A DNA stretch of 64,000 nt from Squalus acanthias (GCA_030390025.1 CM059430.1:68200001-68264000); one strand, 5' to 3'. Shown: positions 37,301-49,189, counted from the stretch's first letter. Notes: generated from the letters alone by a model not told the origin. A program made the numbers and translations.

Positions 37301-40300
37301 CCAGCCCACATTCACTGTGTTGGGTCGGTAGTGTAATCTCCAGGCTTCACAAACTGAATGTGTTGGGTGGGTAATCTAATCTCCAGCCCGGGCTCACTCA
37401 CTGTGTTGGGTGGGTAGTGTAATCTCCAGCCCACACTCAGTCACTGTGTTGTGTGGGTAGTGTAATCTCCAGCCCGCACTCACTCAGTGTGTTGGGTTGG
37501 TTGTGTAATCTCCTGCGCACTGACTGGATGTGTTGTGTGGGTAGTGTAATCTCCTGCCCACACACACTGTGTTGGGCGGGTAGTGTAATCTCCAGTCCAC
37601 ACTCACTGTGTTGGGTGGGCAGTGTAATCTCCAGCCCACACTCACTCACAGTGTTGGGTGGGTAATGTCATCTCCAGCCCGAACTCACTCATTGTGTTGG
37701 GTGGTAATGTAATCTACAGCCCGTACTCACTGTGTTGGGTGTGTAGTGTAATCTCCAGCCCGCACACACTCACTGTGTTGGGTGGGTTGTGTAATCTCCA
37801 GCCCGCAATCTCTCCCTGTGTTGGGTGGGTCGTGAAATCTCCAGCCCACATTCACTGTGTTGGGTCGATAGTGTAATCACCAGCCGGCACTCACTTACTG
37901 CGTTGGGTGGGTAGTGTAATCTCCAGCCCGCACTCACTCACTGTGTTGGGTGGGTAGTGTAATCTCCAGCCCGCACTCGCTCACTGTGTTGGGTGGGTAG
38001 TGTAATCTCCAGCCCGCACTCACTCACTGTGTTGGGTGGGTAGTGTAATCTCCAGGCCGCACTCACTCACTGTGTTGGGTGGGTAGTGTAATCTCCAGCC
38101 CGCACTCACTCACTGTGTTGGGTGGCTAGTGTAATCTCCAGCCCGCACTCGCTCACTGTGTTGGGTGGGTAGTGTAATCTCCAGCCCGCACTCACTCACT
38201 GTGTTGGGTGGGTAGTGTAATCTCCAGCCCGCACTCACTCACTGTGTTGGGTGGGTAGTGTAATCTCCAGCCCGCACTCACTCACTGTGTTGGGTGGGTA
38301 GTGTAATCTCCAGCCCGCACTCGCTCACGGTGTTTGGTGGGTAGTGTAAATCCAGCCCGCGCTCACTTGGTTTTGTGGGAAATCTAATCCCCAGCCCGCG
38401 CTCACTCACTGTGTTGGGTGGGTAGTGTAATCTCCAGCCCACACTCATTCACTGTATTGGGTGGGTAGTGTAATCTCCAGCCCACACTCACTGTGTTGGG
38501 TGGGTAGTGCAATCACCAGCCCACACTGACTGTGTTTGTTTTTTAGTGTAATCTCCAGCCCACACTCAGTCACTGTGTTGGGTGGGTCGTGTAATCTCCA
38601 GCCCGCACTCACTCAATGTGTTGGGTAGGTAGTGTAATCTCCAGCCCGCACTCACTCAGTGTGTTGGGTGGGTAGTGTAATCACCAGTCCACAGTCACTC
38701 ACTGTGTTGGGTAGGTAGTGTAATCTCCAACCCGCTATCAATCACTGTTGGATGGGTAGTGTAATCTTCAGCCCGCACTCACGCACTGTGTTGGGTAGGT
38801 ACTGTAATCACCAGCCCGCACTCACTCACTGTGTTGTGTAGGTAATGTAATCTCCAGCCCACACTCAGTGTGTTGGGTGGGTTGTCTCAACTCCAGCCCG
38901 CACTCACTCACTGTGTTGGGTGGGTAGTGTAATCTCCAGCCCGCACTCACTCACTGTTTTGGGTGGGTAGTGTAATCTCCAGCCCACACTCACTGTGTTG
39001 GGTGGGTAGTGTCATCTCCAGCCCACACTCACTCACTGTGTTGAGTGGGTAGTGTAATCTCCAGACCGCACTCACTCACTGTGTTGGGTAGGTAATGTAA
39101 TCTCCAGCCCACACTCAGTGTGTTGGGTGGGTTGTCTCATCTCCACCACCCACTCACTCACTGTGTTGTGTGGGTTGTGTAATCTCCAGCCCGCACTGAC
39201 TGAATGTGTTGTGTGGGTAGTTTAATCTCCAGCCCACACTCACTGTGTTGGGTGGGTAGTGTAATCTCCAGCCCACACTCACTGTGTTGGGTGGGTAGTG
39301 TAATCTCCAGTCCGCACTCACTCACTGTGTTGGGTCGGTAGTGTAATCTCCAACCCGCTCTCTCTCACTGTTGGGTGGGTAGTGTAATCTCCAGCCCGCA
39401 CTCGCTCACTGTGTTGGGTGGGTAGTGTAATCTCCAGCCCGCACTAACTGAATCTGTTGGGTGGGTAGTGTAATCTCCAGCCCGCACACACTCACTGTGT
39501 TGGGTGGGTAGTGTAATCTCCAGCCCGCACTCACTCACTGTGTTGGGTGGGTAGTGTAATCTCCAGCCCGCACTCGCTCACTGTGTTGGGTGGGTAGTGT
39601 AATCTCCAGCCCGCACTCACTCACTGTGTTGGGTGGGTAGTGTAATCTCCAGCCCGCACTCACTCACTGTGTTGGGTGGGTAGTGTAATCTCCAGCCCGC
39701 ACTCACTCACTGTGTTGGGTGGGTAGTGTAATCTCCAGCCCGCACTCGCTCACGGTGTTTGGTGGGTAGTGTAAATCCAGGCCGCGCTCACTGGGTTTTG
39801 TGGGAAATCTAATCCCCAGCCCGCGCTCACTCACTGTGTTGGGTGGGTAGTGTAATCTCCAGCCCACACTCATTCACTGTATTGGGTGGGTAGTGTAATC
39901 TCCAGCCCACACTCACTGTGTTGGGTGGGTAGTGCAATCACCAGCCCACACTGACTGTGTTTGTTTTTTAGTGTAATCTCCAGCCCACACTCAGTCACTG
40001 TGTTGGGTGGGTCGTGTAATCTCCAGCCCGCACTCACTCAATGTGTTGGGTAGGTAGTGTAATCTCCAGCCCGCACTCACTCAGTGTGTTGGGTGGGTAG
40101 TGTAATCACCAGTCCACAGTCACTCACTGTGTTGGGTAGGTAGTGTAATCTCCAACCCGCTATCAATCACTGTTGGATGGGTAGTGTAATCTTCAGCCCG
40201 CACTCACGCACTGTGTTGGGTAGGTACTGTAATCACCAGCCCGCACTCACTCACTGTGTTGTGTAGGTAATGTAATCTCCAGCCCACACTCAGTGTGTTG

Positions 40301-43300
40301 GGTGGGTTGTCTCAACTCCAGCCCGCACTCACTCACTGTGTTGGGTGGGTAGTGTAATCTCCAGCCCGCACTCACTCACTGTTTTGGGTGGGTAGTGTAA
40401 TCTCCAGCCCACACTCACTGTGTTGGGTGGGTAGTGTCATCTCCAGCCCACACTCACTCACTGTGTTGAGTGGGTAGTGTAATCTCCAGACCGCACTCAC
40501 TCACTGTGTTGGGTAGGTAATGTAATCTCCAGCCCACACTCAGTGTGTTGGGTGGGTTGTCTCATCTCCACCACCCACTCACTCACTGTGTTGTGTGGGT
40601 TGTGTAATCTCCAGCCCGCACTGACTGAATGTGTTGTGTGGGTAGTGTAATCTCCAGCCCACACTCACTGTGTTGGGTGGGTAGTGTAATCTCCAGCCCA
40701 CACTCACTGTGTTGGGTGGGTAGTGTAATCTCCAGTCCGCACTCACTCACTGTGTTGGGTCGGTAGTGTAATCTCCAACCCGCTCTCTCTCACTGTTGGG
40801 TGGGTAGTGTAATCTCCAGCCCGCACTCGCTCACTGTGTTGGGTGGGTAGTGTAATCTCCAGCCCGCACTAACTGAATCTGTTGGGTGGGTAGTGTAATC
40901 TCCAGCCCGCACACACTCACTGTGTTGGGTGGGTAGTGTAATCTCCAGCCCGCACTCACTCACTGTGTTGGGTGGGTAATGTAATCTCCAGCCCGCACTC
41001 ACTCACTGTGTTGGGTGGGTAGTGTAATCTCCAGCCCGCACTCACTCACTGTGTTGGGTGGGTAGTGTAATCTCCAGCCCGCACTCACTCACTGTGTTGG
41101 GTGGGTAGTGTAATCTCCAGCCCGCACTCGCTCACGGTGTTTGGTGGGTAGTGTAAATCCAGGCCGCGCTCACTGGGTTTTGTGGGAAATCTAAGCCCCA
41201 GCCCGCGCTCACTCACTGTGTTGGGTGGGTAGTGTAATCTCCAGCCCACACTCACTCACTGTGTTGGGTGGGTAGTGTAATCTCCAGCCCACACTCACTG
41301 TGTTGGGTGGGTAGTGCAATCACCAGCCCACACTGACTGTGTTTGTTTTTTAGTGTAATCTCCAGCCCACACTCAGTCACTGTGTTGGGTGGGTCGTGTA
41401 ATCTCCAGCCCGCACTCACTCACTGTGTTGGGTAGGTAGTGTAATCTCCAGCCCGCACTCACTCAGTGTGTTGGGTGGGTAGTGTAATCACCAGTCCACA
41501 GTCACTCACTGTGTTGGGTAGGTAGTGTAATCTCCAACCCGCTATCAATCACTGTTGGGTGGGTAGTGTAATCTCCAGCCCACACTCACTGTGTTGGTTC
41601 GGTAGTGTAATCTTCAGCCCGCACTCACGCACTGTGTTGGGTAGGTACTGTAATCACCAGCCCGCACTCACTCACTGTGTTGGGTAGGTAATGTAATCTC
41701 CAGCCCACACTCAGTGTGTTGGGTGGGTTGTCTCATCTCCAGCCCGCACTCACTCACTGTGTTGGGTGGGTAGTGTAATCTCCAGCCCGCACTCACTCAC
41801 TGTTTTGGGTGGGTAGTGTAATCTCCAGCCCACACTCACTGTGTTGGGTGGGTAGTGTCATCTCCAGCCCACACTCACTCACTGTGTTGAGTGGGTAGTG
41901 TAATCTCCAGAACGCACTCACTCACTGTGTTGTGTAGGTAATGTAATCTCCAGCCCACACTCAATGTGTTGGGTGGGTTGTCTCATCTCCAGCCCGCACT
42001 CATTCACTGTGTTGGGTGGGTTGTGTAATCTCCAGCCCGCACTTACTGAATGTGTTGTGTGGGTAGTTTAATCTCCAGCCCACACTCACTGTGTTGGGTG
42101 GGTAGTGTAATCTCCAGCCCACACTCACTGTGTTGGGTGGGTAGTGTAATCTCCAGTCCGCACTCACTCACTGTGTTGGGTCGGTAGTGTAATCTCCAAC
42201 CCGCTCTCTCTCACTGTTGGGTGGGTAGTGTAATCTCCAGTCCACACTCACTCACTGTGTTGGGTGTGTAGTTTATTCTCCAGCCCGCACTCACCCACTA
42301 TTTTGTGTGGGTAGTGTAATCTCCAGTCCGCACACACTCACTGTGTTGGGTGGGTTGTGTAATCTCCAGCCCGCACTCACTGTGTTGGGTGTGTAGTGTA
42401 ATCTCCAGCCCGCACACACTCACTGTGTTGGGTGGGTAGTGAAATCTCCAGCCCACATTCACTGTGTTGGGTCGGTAGTGTAATCTCCAGCCCTCACAAA
42501 CTGAATGTGTTGGGTGGGTAGTGTAATCTCCAGCCCGCACTCACTCACTGTGTTTGGTGGGTAGTGTAATCTCCAGCCCGCGCTCACTGTGTTTTGTGGG
42601 TAATCTAATCTCCAGCCCGCGCTCACTCACTGTGTTGGGTGGGTAGTGTAATCTCCAGCCCACACTCACTGTGTTGTGTGGGTAGTGTAATCACCAGCCC
42701 ACACTCACTGTGTTGGGTGGGTAGTCTAATCTCCAGCCCACACTCACTGTGTTGGGTGGGTAGTGTAATCTCCAGCCCACACTCAGTCACTGTGTTGGGT
42801 GGGTAGTGTAATCTCCAGCCCACACTCAGTCACTGTGTTGGGTGGGTAGTGTAATCTCCAGCCCACACTCAGTCACTGTGTTGGGTGGGTAGTGTAATCT
42901 CCAGCCCACACTCACTGTGTTGTGTGGGTAGTGTAATCTCCAGCCCACACTCACTGTGTTGGGTGGGTAGTGTAATCTCCAGCCCACACTCAGTCACTGT
43001 GTTGGGTGGGTAGTGTAATCTCCAGCCCACACTCACTCACTGTGTTGGGTGGGTCGTGTAATCTCCAGCCCACACTCACTCACTGTGTTGGGTGGGTAGT
43101 GCAATCTCCAGCCCGCACTCACTCACTGTGTTTGGTGGGTAGTGTAATCTACAGCCCGCGCTCACTCTGTTTTGTGGATAATCTAATCTCCAGCCCGCGC
43201 TCACTCACTGTGTTGGGTGGGTAGTGTAATCTCCAGCCCACACTCACTCACTGTGTTGGGTGGGTCGTGTAATCTCCAGCCCACACTCACTGTGTTGCGT

Positions 43301-44387
43301 GGGTTGTCTAATCTCCAGCCCGCACTCACTCACTATGTTGGGTGGGTTGTGTAATCTCCAGCCCGCACTGACTGAATGTGTGTTGTGTTTAGTGTAATCT
43401 CCAGCCCACACACACTGTGTTGGGCGGGTAGTGTAATCTCCAGTCCACACTCACTGTGCTGGGTGGGTAGTTTAATCTCCAGCCCGCACTCACTCATTGT
43501 GTTGGTTGGGTAGTGTAATGTCCAGCCCACACTCACTCAATGTGTTGGGTGGGTAATGTCATCTCCAGCCCGAACTCACTCATTGTGTTGGGTGGTGATG
43601 TAATTTCCAGCCCGCACTCACTGTGTTGGGTGTGTAGTGTAATCTCCAGCCCGCACACACTCACTGTGTTGGGTCGGTAGTGTAATCTCCAGGCCTCACA
43701 AACTGAATGTGTTGGGTGGGTAGTGTAATCTCCAGCCCGCAGTCACTCACTGTGTTGGGTGGGTATTGTAATCTCCAGCCCACACTCACTCACTGTGTTG
43801 GGTGGGTAGTGCAATCTCCAGCCCGCACTCACTCACTGTGTTTGGTGGGTAGTGTAATCTCCAGCCCACACTCACTGGGGTAAAAATTCACTTGGTTGCG
43901 CCTCCCGTTAGCGCCTTAAGAGGGCGCTAATGGGGCGTTAAGCCGCTAACGCCCGGGCGCAGCGCTGTTTGCGCCGCTCGAGAACTTAACTTGAGATTGT
44001 GCGGCGGCGCTAAAACTTACCGCTGCGACCACCTGCGCACGCAGATTGTGACGTCATTCCATGGTGCAACGCCCTTGGGGCGCCCCGTAGCGGAAATTGA
44101 GTGGCGCCCCCTGCCTTTCCGCCTGGCGCTTCCAACGACCGGAAGACTGGAACATTATCAATCGGTGTGGGGCTGGGGGGGGCGCTATTTAAAGGGGGCC
44201 TCTTCCTGTCTTTTTCTGTGGTCGACATTTATGCACCACTCGTTCTGAGAGAGAGAGAGAGATTCGGGGAGAGAGAGAGAGAGACTTCTACATTGACTCA
44301 ACGCTTTGTGAGGTAGTTTTGCCTATTCATCCTAACTTTGAAACTACTTTAGTTGCTGTACCTCATTACTTTTCTGGAAAAGAGAAT

Positions 44388-45548
44388 ATGGGGGCTGCAA
44401 TGATTGGGGGCGTCGTCCTGCTCCAGCTGAATCGGAGGATACAGAGACGCAGACAGAGAGTGGCAATGATGGCCAGACGGAGGAGGGCCATCAGGCGCAT
44501 GTACAGGAGAGCTTACCCTCCCAGGGTATATCGTGAACAGCTCTCCTACATCCATATGTCCGAGGAGCTGTGTTTGCGGAGGCTGCGATTCAGCAAGGAG
44601 GTGGTCACTGAGCTCTGCCACCTGCTGCAGCCAGATCTGCAGCCTCAGCTGAGGTCCAGGACGTCTCTGTCGGTGGCAGTGAAGGTCACAGTGGCTTTGA
44701 ACTTCTACGCCACTGGCTCATTCCAAGCTGCTGTTGGGGACCTCGCCAATATCTCCCAGTTTGCGGTGCATCGCTGCATCCGGCAGGTCACCAATGCCCT
44801 CTTCAGAAGGAGACGAGACTTCATCTCTTTCCCTATGACCCCAGACAAGCAGCGTGACCGTGCTCTGGGCTTTGCGAGGGTAGCGGGCTTCCCCATGGTG
44901 CAGGGCGCCATTGACTGCACGCATGTGGCTTTGCGTGCTCCGCGAGAGAATGCAGAGGAATTCAGGAACAGAAAGGGGTTCCATTCCTTGAATGTGCAGT
45001 TGGTCTGTGACCACAGACAGGTGATACTCGCTGTCAATGCCCACTATCCGGGCAGCTGCCACGATGCTTTCATCCTGCGCCAGACTACTGTGGCAGAAGT
45101 TTTCGAGGCACCGCATCAGCCAGTTGGTTGGCTTCTGGGGGACAAGGGGTACGCATTGAGCACCTGGCTGATGACACCGCTCCGTACGCCAAACACCCCT
45201 GCTGAGCTGCGGTACAATGAAAGCCATCAAGCAACCAGGAACATTATTGAGCGCACAATCGGCGTGCTGAAACAACGGTTCCGCTGTCTGGACCATTCCG
45301 GAGGAGCCCTGCAGTACTCGCCTGAGCAAGTTTCGAACTTCGTAGTCGTGTGCTGCATGTTGCACAACATGGCAATCCTCAGGACCCAGCCAATGCCACC
45401 AGGCCTTGTAGCACCACCAGAGGAGGAGGAGGAAGAGGAGGAAGAGGACGAGGACGATGATCATCAGCAGCACCAAGGCAGGAGGGCGGCCCACAATGGT
45501 CAAACTGCAAGGGCCGTCCGTCAACGACTAATAGCAAGCCGCTTCTAG
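44388..45548 (+). CDS. Harbinger B DDE transposase (HARBI1-family), intact, 386 aa from first ATG
   Basis: RRAYPPRVYR, RLRFSK, AIDCTH, NRKGFHSLNVQ, PGSCHDAFIL, GDKGY, IIERTIGVLKQRFRCL, CCMLHN, acidic tail. Confidence 0.93.
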   Translation: MGAAMIGGVVLLQLNRRIQRRRQRVAMMARRRRAIRRMYRRAYPPRVYREQLSYIHMSEELCLRRLRFSKEVVTELCHLLQPDLQPQLRSRTSLSVAVKVTVALNFYATGSFQAAVGDLANISQFAVHRCIRQVTNALFRRRRDFISFPMTPDKQRDRALGFARVAGFPMVQGAIDCTHVALRAPRENAEEFRNRKGFHSLNVQLVCDHRQVILAVNAHYPGSCHDAFILRQTTVAEVFEAPHQPVGWLLGDKGYALSTWLMTPLRTPNTPAELRYNESHQATRNIIERTIGVLKQRFRCLDHSGGALQYSPEQVSNFVVVCCMLHNMAILRTQPMPPGLVAPPEEEEEEEEEDEDDDHQQHQGRRAAHNGQTARAVRQRLIASRF

Positions 45549-45842
45549 GGCCCCTGCCATTGCTACAAACACTAATCAACCCAGCACGCAACCCCTAAGC
45601 CGGCCAAGGCACCAATAATTCCAAGCACCAGCCATGTATATTTTGAATACAGAAACTTATTTATTTTACAAACTCTGTGTGTGTCAATTCCTCATGACAA
45701 ACTCATAGAAATAAACACAAAAAAACAGTCAATAACATAACTGGTTCTCACAACCTGGAGATAATGTCCAAAACACTAAACAAAAGTTGGACCATGAACC
45801 TCGGCCTTTAATAAAAAAATGACCAGCATTTTGGCACACCTC

Positions 45843-47722
45843 CTACTTTTTGCCCTTCGAGGGTGATCTCCTTCCCTTGCGCACTTCCCCCCTTCTAACC
45901 CTACTGCTCCTCCGTAATGGGACCTCAGTGGCTGCAGCAAGGCTGGTGGAAGGCTGCTGCTCGTCAGACCCTGACACTGCAGATGCCCCTGAAGGACGGC
46001 CTCGACCACTTCTGGGCCTGGAGGGCCCGGCTGCAGACTGCACCAACTCTGCATGGGCGGCAGCAGTCTGTCCTACAGGCGGTGGCAAGTGCAGTGGAGA
46101 AGTGACAGTGTTGGCAGCAGGAATGCTGTCATCGTGAGAGAGGCCAGCAACTCCCTGCTCGCCCGACACACTGGCACTCCCACGGGGCAGCACTTCAGCA
46201 TCCGGAGCAATCTGCCGGAGAACAGATTGCTGGCCTGCTGCGGCGCGGTGACAGCCCCGGGGACATGTGCACGAACCATCGAGGTTGGCAGCAGTCTGTG
46301 CTCGCGTGGCCTCAATCTGAGTCTGTATGAGAGCAGTCTCAGAGGTGGGTTCACGGCAGCCAGTGACTGAATTGCAGCACTAAGCGTTAGTGTGGCATCC
46401 GCCTGTGCTACAGCGAAGTGCTCCACACTCCTTGCCAGTGACTCAATGCATTCGGGCACCCTTCCCACTGCACCCATGAGCTCAGTGTGCATGCCCACCG
46501 CCTGGGTGTTCATTTCTGCAATCAGCCGCTCCTCCTCTGCGTCCATTGCAGTAGGAGTGTCTGGCATACTCTCCCTCTGGGGAGAAGGCCCCCGTTCTTC
46601 CCTACCCCTCCCCATGGCGTTGCTGCAGCCCGCTGGGTCCTGGAGCTTCACCATCATCAGCCCCTTCCCCCCTGCTCCCCTCCGGGGAAGGCGTGTTCCC
46701 AGTGTGGGCATGGGCTTCCTCGGGAGAGGGTGGCACTGATGCTCTGGCTTCCTCTTCCTCCTCAGCTGCAGCATCACTCCCAGTGGCAGCTTCAGGGCCC
46801 GTCTCCTCAGCTGGTGAATCACCATCTGAAAGCAGGGAGGTACAAGAGTGGCTTTAGCGTGAGGACAGGGTGGCAGTAAGGGAGGAATAAGTGCAGCGAG
46901 TTAGCAAGTTGGATTGAAAGTGTCAAAGGCTGGTATTGTGAGGGACAAGTGGAAGGACAGAGGACAAAAAGGTGATGACCTTACCATTGCTGTCCACAAC
47001 GGGGTCGGCGTCTCCAGTGGCGACGGGACCGATCACCCGGCTTGCCACAATCCTGTGGACGCACTCCTCCAGATCGCTGAGGGGTTGCAGCTGAAGCCGC
47101 CCTCCACCCGTCCGTTGCTGCTGTCTCCGATTATGAGCCAGCTTAGCCTGCAAGAAAAAGGACAGCATCTGAGTAAATATACAGCCATGGTCTTGCCTGA
47201 TGTGCCTCCCATAGGTGAATAGCCCTTACAATATACAGCCATGGTCTTGCCTGATGTGCCTCCCATAGGTGAATAGCCCTTACAATATACAGCCATGGTC
47301 TTGCCTGATGTGCCTCCCATAGGTGAATAGCCCTTACTGTATGCAAAGTGTAGAATGTGTGTGTGTGTTTCATGAAAGGGCCATAGGTGTTGGATGAGTG
47401 TTGTGCATTGGGGTTTTAAGACCCTCTGGCCATAGAGTGAGGTTGAGATGGAGGGATGGAGAGGTATTGAGAAAAAGCCACTCACCCTGACGACCCGAGT
47501 GAGGTCGTTGAACTTTTTGCGGCATTGAACATGGGTCCTGGGCACCATGCTCCTGGAGGAGACGCTCTGAGCCACCTCCCTCCACACTCTTCTGAACTCG
47601 CGTGGCAAAGGCCTCCTGCCACTCTCAGGGAACAGCATACATCGTCTGCGCTCCACTGCGTCAACCAGAGCATCCAAGGCCCGCTCGGTGAAGCGATGAG
47701 CGCGTTCTCTCACCCTCTCCAT
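45843..47722 (-). pseudogene. Harbinger B Myb/SANT-like gene, 3 exons (47722-47486, 47147-46985, 46825-45843); exon 3 has frame breaks
   Basis: RAHRFTERALDALVDAV..VWREVAQSV..RTHVQCRKKFNDL; splice sites gtgagt, ttgcag, gtaag and tttcag in compatible phases (0, 1); AKLAHNRR..TGGG exon; exon 3 frame hits TAG near 46603 and continues in other frames (46073..46825, 45843..46193). Confidence 0.82.
47176..47337. repeat. Perfect 3 x 54-bp tandem repeat in intron 1 of the Harbinger B Myb gene
   Basis: aatatacagccatggtcttgcctgatgtgcctcccataggtgaatagcccttac at 47176, 47230 and 47284. Confidence 0.95.
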
Positions 47723-48989
47723 GCTTGGCAGCAAAATGGATTACAGGTCTCTCCAGGCTGAGATTCAAGGCTGCAATGAGCAGGGTGTGGCTGGGGAGCA
47801 AGTGGCCCCCCCCGCTTTAAGAAGTGGCCGGCGCCAGTGTGTCTGTGTTCCCTCGCTAACTGGCAGCAGCTGTGCTGCGCTCGTGCGCTGAGTTAGCGCC
47901 TCACTCCTTGGCCTTTGCGCCTTAAGACAGGTGTGCAGCGCCTGCTTTAGCGCTCCACTCACCTCCCGGGGCGGTAAAAGTGAAGTTTCCTGTCAGTGCC
48001 GATAATTAGCGCCAGGCGCTAATATTTGCGTCCGGACGATATTTGCACCCCAAATGGGGCGCGACCTAATTTCTACCCCACCTGTGTTTTGTGGGTAATC
48101 TAATCTCCAGCCCGCGCTCACTCACTGTGTTGGGTGGGTAGTGTAATCTCCAGCCCACACTCACTCACTGTGTTGGGTGGTTAGTGTAATCTCCTGCCCA
48201 CACTCACTGTGTTGGGTGGGTGGTGTAATCTCCAGCCCACACTCACTCACTGTGTTGGGTAGGTAGTGCAATCTCCAGCCCGCACTCACTCACTGTGTTT
48301 GGTGGGTAGTGTAATCTCCAGCCCGCGCTCACTGTGTTTTGTGGGTAATCTAATCTCCAGCCCGCGCCCTCTCACTGTGTTGGGTGGGTAGTGTAATCTC
48401 CAGCCCACACTCACTCACTGTGTTGGGTGGTTAGTGTAATCTCCTGCCCACACTCACTGTGTTGGGTGGGTAGTGCAATCACCAGCCCACACTCACGGTG
48501 TTTCGTGGGTAGTGTAATCTCCAGCCCACACTCAGTCACTGTGTTGGGTGGGTAGTGTAATCTCCAGCCAGCACTCACTCACTGTGTTGGGTGGATTGTG
48601 TAATCTCCAGCCCGCACTCACTCAGTGTGTTTGGTGGGTAGTGTAATCACCAGCCCACACTCACTAACTGTGTTGGGTCGGTAGTGTAATCTCGAACCCG
48701 CTATCACTCACTGTGTTGGGTGGGTAGTTTATTCTCCAGCCCACACTCACTCACTGTTTTGTGTGGCTAGTGTAATCTCCAGCCCGAACTGACTGAATGT
48801 GTTTTGTGGGTAGTGTAATCTCCAGCCTAAACTCACTGTGTTGGGTGGGTCGTGTAATCTCCAGCCCACACTCACTGTGTTGGGTCGGTAGTGTAATCTT
48901 TAGCCCGGACTCATTCACTGTGTTGGGTAGGTAGTGTAAACACCAGCCCACAATCACTCACTGTGTTGGGTGGGGAGTGCAATCTCCAG

Positions 48990-49189
48990 NNNNNNNNNNN
49001 NNNNNNNNNNNNNNNNNNNNNNNNNNNNNNNNNNNNNNNNNNNNNNNNNNNNNNNNNNNNNNNNNNNNNNNNNNNNNNNNNNNNNNNNNNNNNNNNNNNN
49101 NNNNNNNNNNNNNNNNNNNNNNNNNNNNNNNNNNNNNNNNNNNNNNNNNNNNNNNNNNNNNNNNNNNNNNNNNNNNNNNNNNNNNNNNN
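48990..49189. other. Assembly gap (N run) terminating the satellite
   Basis: N run. Confidence 1.

Larger units (their letters stand above)
43877..48079. mobile_element. Harbinger/PIF DNA transposon B, full span, GC-rich
   Basis: TIRs ggggtaaaaatt and rc ggggtagaaatt (11/12), then ggt.gcgcc on both sides; left flank ACT (43874-76), right flank acctgtg (ACT with one extra C); convergent transposase and Myb genes. Confidence 0.93.
13692..48989. repeat. Large tandem satellite of 39/43-bp monomers containing the RSS heptamer; about 23 kb net of three TE insertions (roughly 550 monomers by division)
   Basis: Consensus ctccagccc(a/g)cact(cact)cactgtgttgggtgggtagtgtaat, all head-to-tail; ends at an N gap, so true length is unknown. 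Confidence 0.97.

Noticed and set aside
14495-43536. Dozens of short ORFs such as ECGLEITLPTQHS and CWVGSVISSPHSL
   Set aside because: Translations of the 39-bp (13-codon) satellite unit; frames break at each 43-bp monomer
44388-45548. Domesticated host HARBI1 gene
   Set aside because: Flanked by TIRs and TSD, paired with a Myb gene and inserted in a satellite, so it is a transposon
13692-48989. CRISPR array
   Set aside because: No unique spacers, monomers abut directly, no cas genes, and the context is eukaryotic with introns
13692-48989. Ig class-switch-like region, chi-like sites or G-quadruplex function
   Set aside because: No AGCT palindromes, only two GGG tracts per monomer on the plus strand, and GCTGGAG/GCTGGTGA are imperfect chi matches; no supporting context
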